In this document: piece by piece, positions 12,441 to 26,140 of the stretch
Numbering within the stretch: position 1 is the stretch's first letter
Layout: each line of letters starts with the position of its first letter
Assembly (NCBI GenBank): GCA_951406725.2
Contig: OX597815.1
Location: 53,072,001 to 53,136,000, forward strand
Direction of reading: 5' to 3'
Origin: Octopus vulgaris
Taxonomy: Eukaryota
Length of the DNA stretch: 64,000 bases
The notes under the pieces: model-generated
Database searches by the model: none
The model's input: the letters and a program-made list of their open reading frames with translations, nothing else
Told to the model about the DNA's origin: nothing
Translations under genes and position numbers: made by a program

Positions 12441-13500
12441 TATGACAACAAAAGAATGAATGAGACCTCGATATTATGTAAATAGCGGAATTTATGTATA
12501 ATATAAAAAACTCAGAGTTTCGGATGTCAGGGCGGAAGTCTGCTCCGGTATCTCGTCAGTTATTAAGACATACAAAAGAGCTATTAGATTGATCGTTAAA
12601 TAAAGGGAAATTAACCGAATACAGAGAAAATAAAAGTACTCGAAGCACGCTCATAGAATCCGCGTATGCGCGCATGCACATGCATACACATACGCCCGCA
12701 CACACGCACGTGCATGTGCATATATGCATATGCTCACTCACACTCGTGCAAAACCACACACACACCTATATGTATACATATATATACATCCATACACATA
12801 TACACAAATACATAGTCGCACACGCACACACACACGTATATATGCCCAAATGTGCACAATTATGTTCATATACACATCTCTATACACACATGCACAAAAA
12901 TGCAGAGTGAAAGGTAACGTACAGAAAAAATATAAAAATACATAAAGCAATAAAATATGAAAAAGTATATATGAAAATATGTAAAAATATAAAAATATAT
13001 ATATAACAAATAAAATGTTTGTACGTGGACACAATATAAAAAGCCGGTTCTATCTGTGATTTTGGGGGAGACCGAAAACGTAACAAATATTTAGTCACAG
13101 CGGACATTTCCAAAATTTTCAGTTCTTGAATTTAGACATGTAGCGGAGTCTAAGCTGTTTTTCCAGGTGAGCCATCTTTCCATATCACAAAGTCCGCACT
13201 TTCCACTGCCGTTGGTGTAAGGCTAAGATCTTCCAATGGATGTTATAGTTTAAGGACCATATATAACTGGATAATTTGGTTGTTTTTCTTTTTCCCCTGT
13301 GTCTGAAGTTCAAGGTGTGATTGTTGAATCCAGCTTTGAAATTCCATCAGTGAGACCCATATATTTCTTTGACGAAACTATGTCCTTAGTGGTTGTAGAG
13401 TCTACGGTGGTTTGATAAATGATGGTCTCGGACATGTATGACGTCATTCGAAAGTTAAAACGGTGCAAAGCGCAGTATGACCAGCGATGTTTAACAACAT
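12441..13500 (-). mobile_element. Penelope-like element 3' end (degenerate GIY-YIG at ~13070-13420, plus 3' UTR/pLTR)
   Basis: Minus-strand translation across frameshifts: IYQTTV...KYMGLT...FNNHT...LSSYIWSL...WKIL...KCGLCDME...LNSRTE. Confidence 0.85.
12505..12567 (-). ncRNA. Degenerate type I hammerhead ribozyme in PLE 3' region
   Basis: CTGACGA-GAT...(CGGA/TCCG hairpin)...ATCC-GAAA-CTCTGAG-TT. Stem III ACTC-T-GAGT is near-palindromic; stem I is weak. Same strand as the upstream PLE. Confidence 0.55.
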
Positions 13501-13520
13501 CCGATTATCTGGTATATCAT

Positions 13521-13571
<51 letters not shown>

Positions 13572-13609
13572 TATATATATACATACACATATAGGTTGTA
13601 TATATCTAA

Positions 13610-13648
<39 letters not shown>

Positions 13649-13730
13649 GGTCCCGGGTTGAGTCGGGGTCAACCACAGTAAATAAGGTACTCAATACATA
13701 GCAGAGTAAATTAATTTATTTTATAGAAGG

Positions 13731-13781
13731 AGCTTCTACAGGACTAGAACTGTTTCATTCAAATGAAATCATCAGGAAGCT
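13731..13781 (-). ncRNA. Type I hammerhead ribozyme with a full stem III
   Basis: AGCTTC-CTGATGA-TTTC ATTT GAAT-GAAA-CAG TTCTAGTC CTG-TA-GAAGCT: 6-bp stem I, intact core, 4-bp stem III, GUA triplet. The only defect is U.U at the base of stem II. Confidence 0.8.
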
Positions 13782-14283
13782 TGCTGTCAAGATAAGTTTA
13801 GGCATTTATACATTTAGGCAGGTTTAATGGGGTGGTGGTGGGGGACATTTTTTGGGTAAGCAGGGCACAAACTGTCTTTCTTAGGGGAGTGGTCAAAAGA
13901 ATCAGTGATAAAGTAAATAAATGAATAAATAGAATAACTGAATAGAGTTTTAGGTACATAAGAAGACTATCGCTTATACACATACATACACACACATACA
14001 TACACATACATACACACACACATATATATACATACACACATATATATATACAAATACACATACACATACATGCCAACACGCAAACACACGCACACATATA
14101 TCTACACATATATAAATAAGTATACACACCCATACACACACACACATATATATATATGTATATATACATACATATACACACACATTATATACAAATATAC
14201 ACATACACATATATACACACACATACATATACACATACATACACAGACACACATATATACATATACATACATATATATACATA

Positions 14284-15711
14284 TCGTCGTCCATCTGCGA
14301 CGTACTTCCGTCGTAACTGCTATCCCGTCTTTCCTCACCTGCCTTCTAAGGCCACTGGTCGACATCTTCCTCTCTCGTCGTCCACTATAATCCAGCGTTT
14401 GCAATACTTTTTTCGTCTGGCGTTAACAGCCCTTCTTATCTTGTTCTCCTTGACCTGTCTCTCACTGTTATATATTTATTTTTCCACTGTTTATATATAT
14501 ATTTTTTACTGTTTATATGTTTGTACTGTCGTTACCGTCTTGCTTTTTTTTTACCCCTCCGCGACAAGATCTCAGAATTTTAATTGATTTGCTTTTCGCG
14601 GGAAGGAATTTTTCATTCGAAGTATACGTCTCGCTTTTATCCTTCGAAACGTTTAGTAGATGAAACTTTAGCAACTGAAGAAGGGGATTTTTCGTTGTGC
14701 TTATTGTCCTGTATCTCCTTTTTTTGCTTGTCTTGTTCCTTGGTTTGTGTCTATGTTTTTCGTCTCTCTATGTGTTCGACGTCCTTTTGGTGTCCTGTAC
14801 ACATATATGCGTGTATATGTACATGTAGAGGTAGGTACGTACATATATGTTTATATATATGCATATATTTTATTAACATATTATACGACTAAACGCACGC
14901 ACCCTATTAAGTAAGATTGTTCTGTTTATCAAGTTCGCCTTGATATTAACTCTCACGCGACTCTGCATCTTTCTTTCTTTCTTTCTCTCCCATTCCATTT
15001 TTCGTCCTTTTTCCCTCACTTAACTTGTCTCTTCCTCTCTCTCTCCCCCTCACTGTTCTTCATGGTCTCCTCGCACCATTCCCCTTCTTCTCTCTCTTCC
15101 TCTTGCTCCTCCTCCCCCATTCCCGTCGTCCATCTGCGACGTACTTCCGTCGTAACTGCTATCCCGTCTTTCCTCACCTGCCTTCTAAGGCCACTGGTCG
15201 ACATCTTCCTCTCTCGTCGTCCACTATAATCCAGCGTTTGCAATACTTTTTTCGTCTGGCGTTAACAGCCCTTCTTATCTTGTTCTCCTTGACCTGTCTC
15301 TCACTGTTATATATTTATTTTTCCACTGTTTATATATATATTTTTTACTGTTTATATGTTTGTACTGTCGTTACCGTCTTGCTTTTTTTACCCCTCCGCG
15401 ACAAGATCTCAGAATTTTAATTGATTTGCTTTTCGCGGGAAGGAATTTTTCATTCGAAGTATACGTCTCGCTTTTATCCTTCGAAACGTTTAGTAGATGA
15501 AACTTTAGCTACTGAAGAAGGGGATTTTTCGTTGTGCTTATTGTCCTGTATCTCCTTTTTTTGCTTGTCTTGTTCCTTGGTTTGTGTCTATGTTTTTCGT
15601 CTCTCTATGTGTTCGACGTCCTTTTGGTGTCCTGTACACATATATGCGTGTATATGTACATGTAGAGGTAGGTACGTACATATATGTTTATATATATGCA
15701 TATATTTTATT

Positions 15712-15717
<6 letters not shown>
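14284..15717. repeat. Near-identical ~595-bp direct repeat (14284-14880 and 15124-15717) with a ~240-bp spacer
   Basis: Both copies run CGTCGTCCATCTGCGACG...TTTATTAACATA, and the ORF track gives identical peptides (MICFSREGIF...). Confidence 0.95.
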
Positions 15718-15751
<34 letters not shown>

Positions 15752-16112
15752 CACACACACATATATTTTCTCTCCTCATCTTCCTCCCTTATTTTATTTT
15801 TATTTTTATTTTCATGATCATAAAAGGTATAATGTATGACTTACCCATCCGCCGACACACATTTATAGTGGCGCTAGATTAGACAGACGCTAAAGGTTCT
15901 TAGAATTCCCTAGGGTTCCAGCCGGCCTAAATGAAATCCAACTACCGCTCCCCTCTCCCTTCCTTTCTATCTTTTGACCCACGGATACAAACGCCAACAC
16001 TCACACACACACACACTCTCACGCACACTCGTACACATACACAAACACGCATATTCTCTCACTCATTTCCTTCTCATCCACTTATACTTATGCATATATC
16101 TCTCTCTACAAG

Positions 16113-16170
<58 letters not shown>

Positions 16171-16489
16171 TACATACATATATATATATACACATATATA
16201 TACACATACATATACACACACAGGTACACATATGCATACATACATAAAAGTACCCACTTTCACATAAACGTATACATAACTATGTACACACAAAACCACA
16301 TGTATAAACGTACTTTAGTACACATAAACACACATAAATGTCTGCCCGCATATATAAACGCATATGCCTATATACAGACATATGTGCATATACACATACA
16401 TACGCATATATACGCATCCATACGCCTATAAATACATACTTGCACACATGCATGCATACACGTGTACATAAAAGCATACCTACATATAC

Positions 16490-18171
16490 GGAGTCCATAG
16501 TGATAATGAGTGTTTCTTTAAAATATTCCGTTATAAGCAGTGACGTCAAAATTGGTTGAATGGAGAAGATTCTAGAAAGTTCAAGAGTTCAAAAAAGGTT
16601 GGAAGGGGAGGGTTCTAAGAATAGGAAGGTGACGGGGTGCAAGTGGTATGTATGGTGATGCGTTATTGTTTGCTTATGCTAATGAGATTGAGTGCCTATG
16701 TGTGTGTATGTATATAACTGCATTCGTGTCAATGTGTGTGCGTGATTGTGTGTGTGGGGGGATAGATGCCAAATACAACTAGTGGTGAAGTGACAGGTAT
16801 GTGTCTGTGTGTTTGATTGCGCTTACGATAGAGAGAGGGAGAGAGAGAGAGAGAGGGGGAGAGGTAGAAAGACAAAGGTAAAACATACCCCAACGAATTT
16901 GGTAGTAGTCCTTCATGAAACGGAGTATAAAAATTTGTCTATGGTGGTGTTGTAGAAGTGGAACCAAATTATTAAATTTAAGGAGGTTATCTATATTAAT
17001 CATCATTCATATGAGTTGAAGGTGTGTTTCTGCCAGTGCATGCACCTATAGGATTTTTCTACCATTGTGTTTACTAAAGGGAATTTGGCGAAAAGTATAT
17101 GGAAAAGTTCGGAATTACAGACGCCACAAAATTTTCTGCCTTTATCAAACGGAAAGGATACAGACAATATGGACCATTCCAGCTTAAAAGTTATATTACT
17201 GTCCTTAAGGCGCCAAACTAATTTACTTAGTCCTGGGCTTTGTTGTTTTCTCTTATCTCGGAAAGTTGAATAATGATTGGAAATCCTCTGGGATAATTTA
17301 GAAGTAGTCGCCCCAATGTAGAAGAAGACACCGGTACCGGAAGAAATTTTACACTGGTAAATGGAATTTCTAATTTTGGAATTGCTGGACAAGAACTTTA
17401 ATCCGAGACTAAGACGGAGTTTTTATTGTTATGATTGCTGTTAATACTATTGCTAGCACTGACCACTATATTATTCCTATTATTGTTATTATTATTAATT
17501 GTACTAACGCCGGCAATATCCCTGACTATAGAAATGCTGGGGTTGTTATCATCAATACTACCATTGTTATTAGAAATGCTGTCGTTGTTACCACTAACAC
17601 TATCACTGTTAATAATCCGACTAATATTATTATTAATATTACTATTGTTAATCCCAACGCTCCTATGAATGTTGCTATTATCAATACTATTTCTATTATT
17701 ATTATCATTGTATGTTTGGTTGGAATTGATAAGAGCAGTGTCGTGACTCCCGGGTGAAGAATCCTTACTTAGCAGCTTGTTATTATGGGAGGAAATAATT
17801 TGCGATAGATTTCTAGTGTTATAGAATGCAATCCTTACCTTATGCGAATTGATAGTAGAGTAATACCTAGAATTCCTGGGAAAGTTCCTAGCTACGGCTT
17901 CACGGAACTGTAAAGGAAGGTTTGACTTGATTTGTTTTCCGAAAGGTATGACAAACCAGATATAGTTTTTTGAGGACTTAGAATTGTTCAGAGTGTTACC
18001 ATTTACATTAAAGGGAATATTTCTGTGCTGGAATATTGGGGTTGATTGCCGATTGCCTCCCCTGGTCCGTAAATTATTTTTCTTAAGTCTAGTGGTATCG
18101 ACATTTTTAGAGCTGAAATCATTATTCTCACTATTTCTATTGTTATTAGTTTTCTTATAGTGGGCAGTCAT
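16490..18171 (-). mobile_element. Penelope-like element 3' half (linker, GIY-YIG endonuclease, 3' UTR)
   Basis: ORF 17398-18171 (YIWFVIPF...RIAFYNTRNLSQIISSHN) and ORF 17003-17392 (IYQCKI...FYIGAT...RISNH...LSKLVW...WSIL...CGVCNSE). Confidence 0.9.
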
Positions 18172-18217
18172 CTAAAAAAATTTTTGTTCGTCATGATGCT
18201 GACATAAGTTTCTTGTC

Positions 18218-18298
18218 TTTCCTGATGAGAAGGCGGCATAATGCACCCCTTATTCTCTCGGAATTAGGAATATGCAGTCTTCGAAACATATGTCGAGA
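18218..18298 (+). ncRNA. Type I hammerhead ribozyme with an extended stem II
   Basis: TTTC-CTGATGA-GAAGGC G GCATA...TATGC A GTCTTC-GAAA-CATATG-TC-GAGA: intact core, 11-bp stem II, palindromic ACATATGT, GUC triplet with predicted cleavage after 18294. Confidence 0.85.
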
Positions 18299-18494
18299 AT
18301 AAAGGAATTTTGTTAAATCGTCGTTCAACTCCATTCTTTCATTTATTTATAGTTAAAAAAAACACACAAATTTCCACACGAAAGCACATGATCTCTGCCC
18401 TTGGCATGTAGCTTCAACCGTGTTTTCTGACGTGAATTTGCTACCCAGGTATCGGTTAACCGAATTATCCATACTAAGATAATTCATTCAACTA

Positions 18495-18574
<80 letters not shown>

Positions 18575-19045
18575 TATATGTATATGCATATATGCACGCA
18601 TATATATGGATACATTGTGTATGCATTTATGTATATAAGTATGATTTATGTTTGTATTTGAGAGTGTCGGTGTATATGTTCATAAAACTTGCATCGCAAA
18701 TGGATCGAAATATGAAACACAGAATCACACATTTTACTCCCATTAAATTTCTAACATATCTTCGTACTTTAAACTTTCAAAACTTGTTACAGAAAGGAAA
18801 CTTATTTACGTATCATGTTAATTTTTATTGAGTTTTTTTCCTTTTCGAATTCACGATACAGAAAACAACAAGTCCAAGAAGAATGCCAAGCATAGCAACA
18901 ACATCAAAAACAAAACAACGGAAAGAAGAAACGAAAGTATATAATGCAAGACATGTAAAACAGCAACAATAGCAATATCGATATTAATGTTAAATAATAA
19001 TAAATATAATAACGACATAATAATAATAATTATTATAGCACCACC

Positions 19046-19117
<72 letters not shown>

Positions 19118-19629
19118 TAAAAATAATAATAATAATAATAATATACAAAGAAACAGCGTAACAAATATGGTTGCTATCAATTTTGAAACGAACGACAGCC
19201 ACAGAGAATAATAATTTTGAAATGTTTTACATCTTCAAGTGAATGGCAGACAAACTCGGAAAATCTGAATAATAAATAATGATAAAAATGTTTTGCATAG
19301 AATTCTCAGAGTTGTTGAGAAGAATTGGAAGAGAAGAAGGGAGAAATGGAAGGGAACGGAAACAATGAAACAAAATCGAACACAAACAAACAAGCAAAAA
19401 TATCACCCCCTTCTCTGCCTATGAAAAAATATGGAACAAATATATAAAAAAGACAAGCAAAATTAAACAAGATCTGCACTGATCGTTTATGGAGAAACAA
19501 GCGTTTAGAAAATCGTTGGTTGATTAGGCAACTAAGTCATTTGATATGCAAGAACATCGGCATTAGCCGCAACAAGTAATCTGAAATATATGGTGTTACT
19601 TACACACATACACACACTGATGGATATGC

Positions 19630-19648
19630 GAGTATGTGTGTGTATATA

Positions 19649-19685
<37 letters not shown>

Positions 19686-20239
19686 TTATGAATATGTATA
19701 TGTATATATATATATATATATGCACGTATGCATATATATATGTATGTATGTGTGTGTATATATATACATACATACATATATATATATATATACACACATA
19801 CATGCATATGTGTATATATGTATATATATGTATGTATATAAATATATATATATATACATATATTCATATATATATACATATGTACATATATATACATACG
19901 TATGTATATATATATATATATATATATATGTATGCATATATATATATATATGTGTGTGTGCGTACATGTACATGTATATATATATATACATATATATTAT
20001 ATGTATATATATCTATATCTATATATATATGTATATATATGTGAGTATATATATATATGTATACACTATATACGCACACACGTTCTTATAAGTATACATT
20101 AAAGGATATATAAATATGTAATTGAGTGCGTTTGTGTATATATGGGTGTGTGTGTGTATGAGGTTATATAATTTACATGTACTACCAAAGAAGTACATAC
20201 ATGTTAGATAAGCAGATCTTCATGTAAAAGTGAGTTTCC

Positions 20240-20313
<74 letters not shown>

Positions 20314-20370
20314 GCTTAACATTTAGATGCATACATAAACAATAAAAGCATGTATATGTATATCTGCACG

Positions 20371-20421
<51 letters not shown>

Positions 20422-20484
20422 TTGTGCAATATGTATGCATATACGTATATACATACATAAATATATATAAATATATATATATAT

Positions 20485-20518
<34 letters not shown>

Positions 20519-20707
20519 TGTGTTTGTGTGTATATGTGTGTGTTCATGTGTATCTATGTATACATACATATAAACAATCGTAAATGAAAAAACATAAACA
20601 TACATGTATGCACACATGCCTACATATGTTTTATCAAATATGCATATTACAGACCTATATAACAATGCACACATATATATATATATATATGTACATATAT
20701 ACGCATA

Positions 20708-20767
<60 letters not shown>

Positions 20768-21032
20768 TGTAAATTGAGACATGTACATATATGTATATCT
20801 ACGCATATATATACATATATATATACATATATACATACATATATGCATATGTGTGTATAATATATATATGTGTGTGTGTGTGTATAAATTTATATATATA
20901 TATATGCGCATTAACATATATTTTATGTAAATAAGAATGCATACATATACATATACTTGTGGATATACGCGCGCGTGTGTATGTGTATAGGTGTGTTTGT
21001 GTGTATTTATATATATATATATATATATATAT
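19630..21032. repeat. Long degenerate (TA)n/(TG)n/(TATC)n block
   Basis: Directly visible low-complexity sequence. Confidence 0.9.
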
Positions 21033-21184
21033 AGGTATAAGGAATTCTTACATTTATCCATATATACTTCTAAAACTTTACAAGAGCTCATACAGAGCCA
21101 TTCTCACACAAACTATTCCGAAATTAATCGGGTTTTGACATCACGTGCTTATGATGACGTATACCTATAAGGACGTTTGAGTTG

Positions 21185-21246
<62 letters not shown>

Positions 21247-21401
21247 GTATGTGTGTCAATGCCCGTGTGTTAGTGTTTGTTCGTTTTTTTCTGGTATGTG
21301 TGATAATGCTGGTATTTTGGAAGATTATTTCCTTTCTTCTTGGAATCCACAAAATCTGTCTTTCAGATCTTTTAAAACTTTTCCTTTATTTTTCAAGAAC
21401 A

Positions 21402-21655
<254 letters not shown>

Positions 21656-22709
21656 TAGTTTATTTTTTTCTTTTCCACTTTTAGTAAGAGGGTAGTTTTA
21701 GGTAGGGTAATGTGAGTTTAGAAATTTCAGAAAATTGGAGCTACGGTTGAATAAATGACACTGTGGAAAGCGAACAAAAGTTCGGTAACAATGGCCCAGA
21801 ATGGTAAGTGAATGCATATCCGACATCAAAATCAAAAACGATTCTCTGTAACCATAGGAGTTAGATTTAGAGAAGAATAGGACAAATAGCCATGAATAAA
21901 AGTGAAAAGCAACATGATTGACTTGAATAACAACTCTATAAACTTGTCGGTGTGTTTCTAGAACAACAGAAGCCGTGCTTCAATGAAAAGACTGATGTGC
22001 AATGCCTGAATAGAAATATAGATATTAGCTATGTTAAATCCACCGTTCAACAGACTCTCCTTTTTTCTTCCTGCCACTTTTCCTTTCTCCTGTAACACTC
22101 CCCCCTCCCTCTCTCTATCTATCTTCGTCTATCTCTCTCCACCTATCCAGTAAAAGCTGTACAGAAAGACAGTCGTTGCTGGAAGGGCCCCGCGGCCGCG
22201 AGCCCACTCGCAGTGCGATCTAACGTTTAACTCTGCAAGTCACGCTTTGCTGTCTTACACAGACTATTCAAATACAATGACTTCGTTAGGTTTCCTTACT
22301 GAAGCTGTAAACTAAAACAATAATTCTAGCAGAAAATTGCAGCTTGCGGCCAGAAGGTATCAGCTAGGCGTACCGGCGCAGTAAAATCGTCCATTCAAAG
22401 TGCGAAAGGCGGTTAACAACACGATCAGTTATAACAATAGGTATCTGACGGGATATATCTTTTGTCTTGTTTCTAGTGATTGTCGGCATTACTTTCTTGA
22501 TACGTGCTGCAAGAGATATGATTACTACTTTCACACCAGTGCAACGCCGTCCACCTGCATACACTAACACTCATAACAACAGCATATAAAAGAATCACAC
22601 GCACATACGAGCGCGTGCGCACGCACACAAACACACACACACATGAACGCACGCACACATACGTACACATAACCACGACTAATTACACTGTTGTTCATAA
22701 TAAGAGAAG

Positions 22710-22757
<48 letters not shown>

Positions 22758-22787
22758 ATAATAATAATAATAATACTGCTGCTGCTG

Positions 22788-22837
<50 letters not shown>

Positions 22838-22919
22838 GTTACAGTTGCTGTTGCTACAGCTGCTGCACATTCTGCAGGTATTACATTAGTACATGCTTAT
22901 ATATATGTGTGTGTGTGTG

Positions 22920-22999
<80 letters not shown>

Positions 23000-23524
23000 C
23001 CTATATAGATGGGTGTGTCTATGGGCGCCCGCCAGTGTGTATGTATACATGCATACACCATCCATATACAGGTGAAAACAGAATTTCCTTTAGGATATAA
23101 ATGGCATAGACAAAGTATAGTTTGTTTTGATATATCCTATCTTTGCTATGAATATCTTTTGATCTACATACGTACAAGAATACATACATATATACATACA
23201 TGCATGCATACATACGTACATACATACATACATACATACATACATACATACATACATACATACTTGCATACATATGTACATTCACATACAGGTATACATA
23301 TTACTCGAACAAAATACTCTTTACGAAATATTAGAGGATATTCATAATCTTAAAAGCAACACTGTTTCATTAATCTCGCTCCTTTGTGGAGATAAACTCG
23401 GATCAACCGGTCGGGCTTGTAGTATGAGCCACAGGTTCGAGATCCAGTAATCTCATTGCAGTCAACGAAGATACTGGTGTCGTAGGATGGGAGAAAGAGC
23501 GAAGGCTATTGGTGTACATTAAGA

Positions 23525-23745
23525 AGTTCTGTCCGGCATTCGCCATGATAGATCGCTAGCCACTAAAACTTTTCCTATTTTCTCTCCCTGTTTATTTCTG
23601 CGTTCCTTTCTGTCGAAGAGCGTAGGCTCGAAACGTAAAAGACTTTCTCACTTCCCGAGCGTTAAACCAATACATCTGTTTGTTGTTTACACATCCATCT
23701 ACGTCTTTTGTTTTTTTGTAAATTCTCACTAAAGTTATATATATC
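23525..23745 (+). mobile_element. Solo PLE terminal repeat (pLTR) with a minimal HHR-like motif at ~23605-23645
   Basis: Homologous to the reverse complement of 55225-55430. Contains CTGTCGA-A-GAGC GTAG GCTC-GAAA-CGTA. Confidence 0.7.
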
Positions 23746-23872
23746 TTGCTAGTCAGCTGATTTATATTAATGCTAAAGGAACATGTGTGTGTGTGTTTGA
23801 GTGTATATGTATATGTGCGTGTGTGTGTACATAGAGGAAAAGAGTGAAATATAGAAACGAAATTATACCTTT

Positions 23873-24065
23873 CGTTTAGCACGCCGGGCGAAATGTTTGG
23901 TTGTACTTCGTCTGTCTATACGTTCTAAGTTCAAATTCCGCGGAGGTCAACTTTGACTTTCATCCTTTCGGGGTCGATAAATTAAGTATCAATTGCGTAC
24001 TGGGGTCGATATCATCGAATGGACCATTCCCAAACATTTCGGGCCTTGTCCCTAGAGTAGAAAAG
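23873..24065 (+). mobile_element. SINE, same family as 2347-3415
   Basis: TTAGCACGCCGGGCGAAATG...GTTCAAATTCCGCGGAGGTCAACTTTGACTTTCATCCTTTCGGGGTCGATAAA. Confidence 0.85.
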
Positions 24066-24699
24066 AAAAGAATTATACCTTTCGTTCCATCTTTTATTTT
24101 TTATAGGACATTTTCCATAGTGTTATGTATGCACACGTCTAGTTTCAGAACTTCACGGCCCATATTTTGTTATATGAATACGTGTAATTTATTTTGTACA
24201 TTTACATTTATACCTGTAGTATATGTACTTTTGCACCTGTAGTATTCGTACTTGCTTTCGTTATGTCATCAACGTTCGCTCATTTTTCTCAACAGCTTTT
24301 CACTGTTGACGCCACCAACGCCATCAATAATGACAATGTTATCGTTAAAGGCGTGAAACTGTAATGATGTTTTGGGACGATAACTGACGAAGAAAGAGCA
24401 TGTCTATGTTCTGTATATGAATTTTCCGTTTGTCGTGCTTCTGTTTAATTTCTGAAACTTCTCTCTCTCTCTCCCCTCTCCCTCTCACCTCTCCTTCCCC
24501 TCTCTCTCCAAAATGTATAGTATCAAATATCCATCACGGCTGGTCTTACCAATCGGTATCGCGTAAAGAATACAATGGAGTGTTAGGTAACAAACTTTAT
24601 GCTCATCATTGTTAACCGATATGGAAGGGAATATAGCGACTGCTCTCTATTGTCGGAAGTGGATTAGCACAACCAGTCTGCGATTGCTGTGAAAAAGGT

Positions 24700-26140
24700 G
24701 GTGGAACAAAAAAGGGGTTAGGGGATTAGTTTAGGAGTTATGTCCCGTGATTGGGTACGTTGTGAAGCCGGAAAGATTTATCTTGGAGTGGGGAAAGTAT
24801 ATATTATTGATGTTGTGCTCCTGTGGGGAGGGGTGTGTGGTATGTGTAGCGGTGTTATATGTATAATTTTTTTCCGGGGATGTAAGTATATATAGCTTTG
24901 TTCGCTGGTCTGTTTTTCTGTAAAGGATAAAGTTGTGTGTGGGGAGGTATATGAGCGTGCGGTGTGTAATGTGTGTGTGTGTGGGGGGTGTATATGTGGG
25001 GGTACAATTTCTGTGAAGGAGTATGTGTTGGGTGGGGAGGCAGTTAAATTTGTGTGGTGTCCGCCTTATAGAAATGTGTATGTGTACACGAATGCCTTGG
25101 TGTGTGCTTTGGTCACTCTTTTTGCTGGGCTCAAGTGCATTCGTGGAAGGTTGTTTGCGGAAGATCGAGGCAGGAGACCTGGGGTTGCAGTCATAGTGGG
25201 ACGCGCAGGTACGATAAAATGCACGCCTTTTCATGCCGGCAAATATTAAACACCTGCTATTCAGGTAAACATCCGGGCTTTGGGTACCTTTTAAAATTGC
25301 TATCTTCTCAGCCAGGCATAGTCTGCACTTCCTACTGCTATTGAAGTACAGTTTGCATCTTTCTAGGATCTTCCACCTTATGCTGTACTCCGTGGCGCTT
25401 TCTTTCAAAGTCCAGACGTGCTTGGCAAGGGTTGTGGCGTTACGTCTCTCTGGGATATTGAATGAGGACTTTTGGTTATGAGAGCGTGTTCTGAGGGGCC
25501 TTCCGTTGCCTCCACATACTTTCGCACGCTTGGTTGTCCATTGAATCTTGTTGCCGTTACTTCTTCCTCGTAAACAACTGTTTCCGTATTGCAGTGGCGT
25601 TTAGTGGACAAGTTGTATTACTTCTGCATGAGCAACCTGCCTCAGTCCCTGGTCTGGGTTTACCTAATAAATTCTTTTTTACGCTAGGTGCACAGCTAAA
25701 GGATAATCTCAGGGTATGTCTGTTAAATATTTTCTTGAATCTATTGGGAAGTGTCTATCAATTAAACTAAGGAAGATCTTACCTATTCTCGTCTTAACGT
25801 TTAAAGAGGATGGCGGTGTGAACCACAGTACTTTCCTGTGGCGTTTTCTCTGGACGTGCGAAGGTAGAGTAGGGAACGATAACGGTAGGAGAGTCTCTCG
25901 ACCAAAATGTCCACACGATGCGAGAGCACGCTTATGGCTCGATGGTTAGAATGAGTTGTATTTGTAGTCCAACGGTCCAACCTAGTCACATTCGGTGTCT
26001 CGCGATGAATCTTCCTGAGAACTGCATTAAGGGTACGCATGTTTGTGAAGTGCTCAGCCACTTGCACATTAATTTCACGAGTAAGCTGTTCCATTGATCG
26101 GTTCAGCTGGAATACTCGGCGTCATAACCGACGGAGTGTC
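24700..26140 (-). mobile_element. Penelope-like element fragment (linker and GIY-YIG, frameshifted)
   Basis: RKVLWFTPP...[14 protein letters not shown], then TVVYEEEV...KYVEATEG, then YSIRWKILERCKLYFNSSRKCRLCLAEKIAIL...YLNSR. Confidence 0.9.

Noticed and set aside
24375-24412. CTGACGA-A-GAAA-GAGCATGTC
   Set aside because: No room for stem II and no credible stem I.
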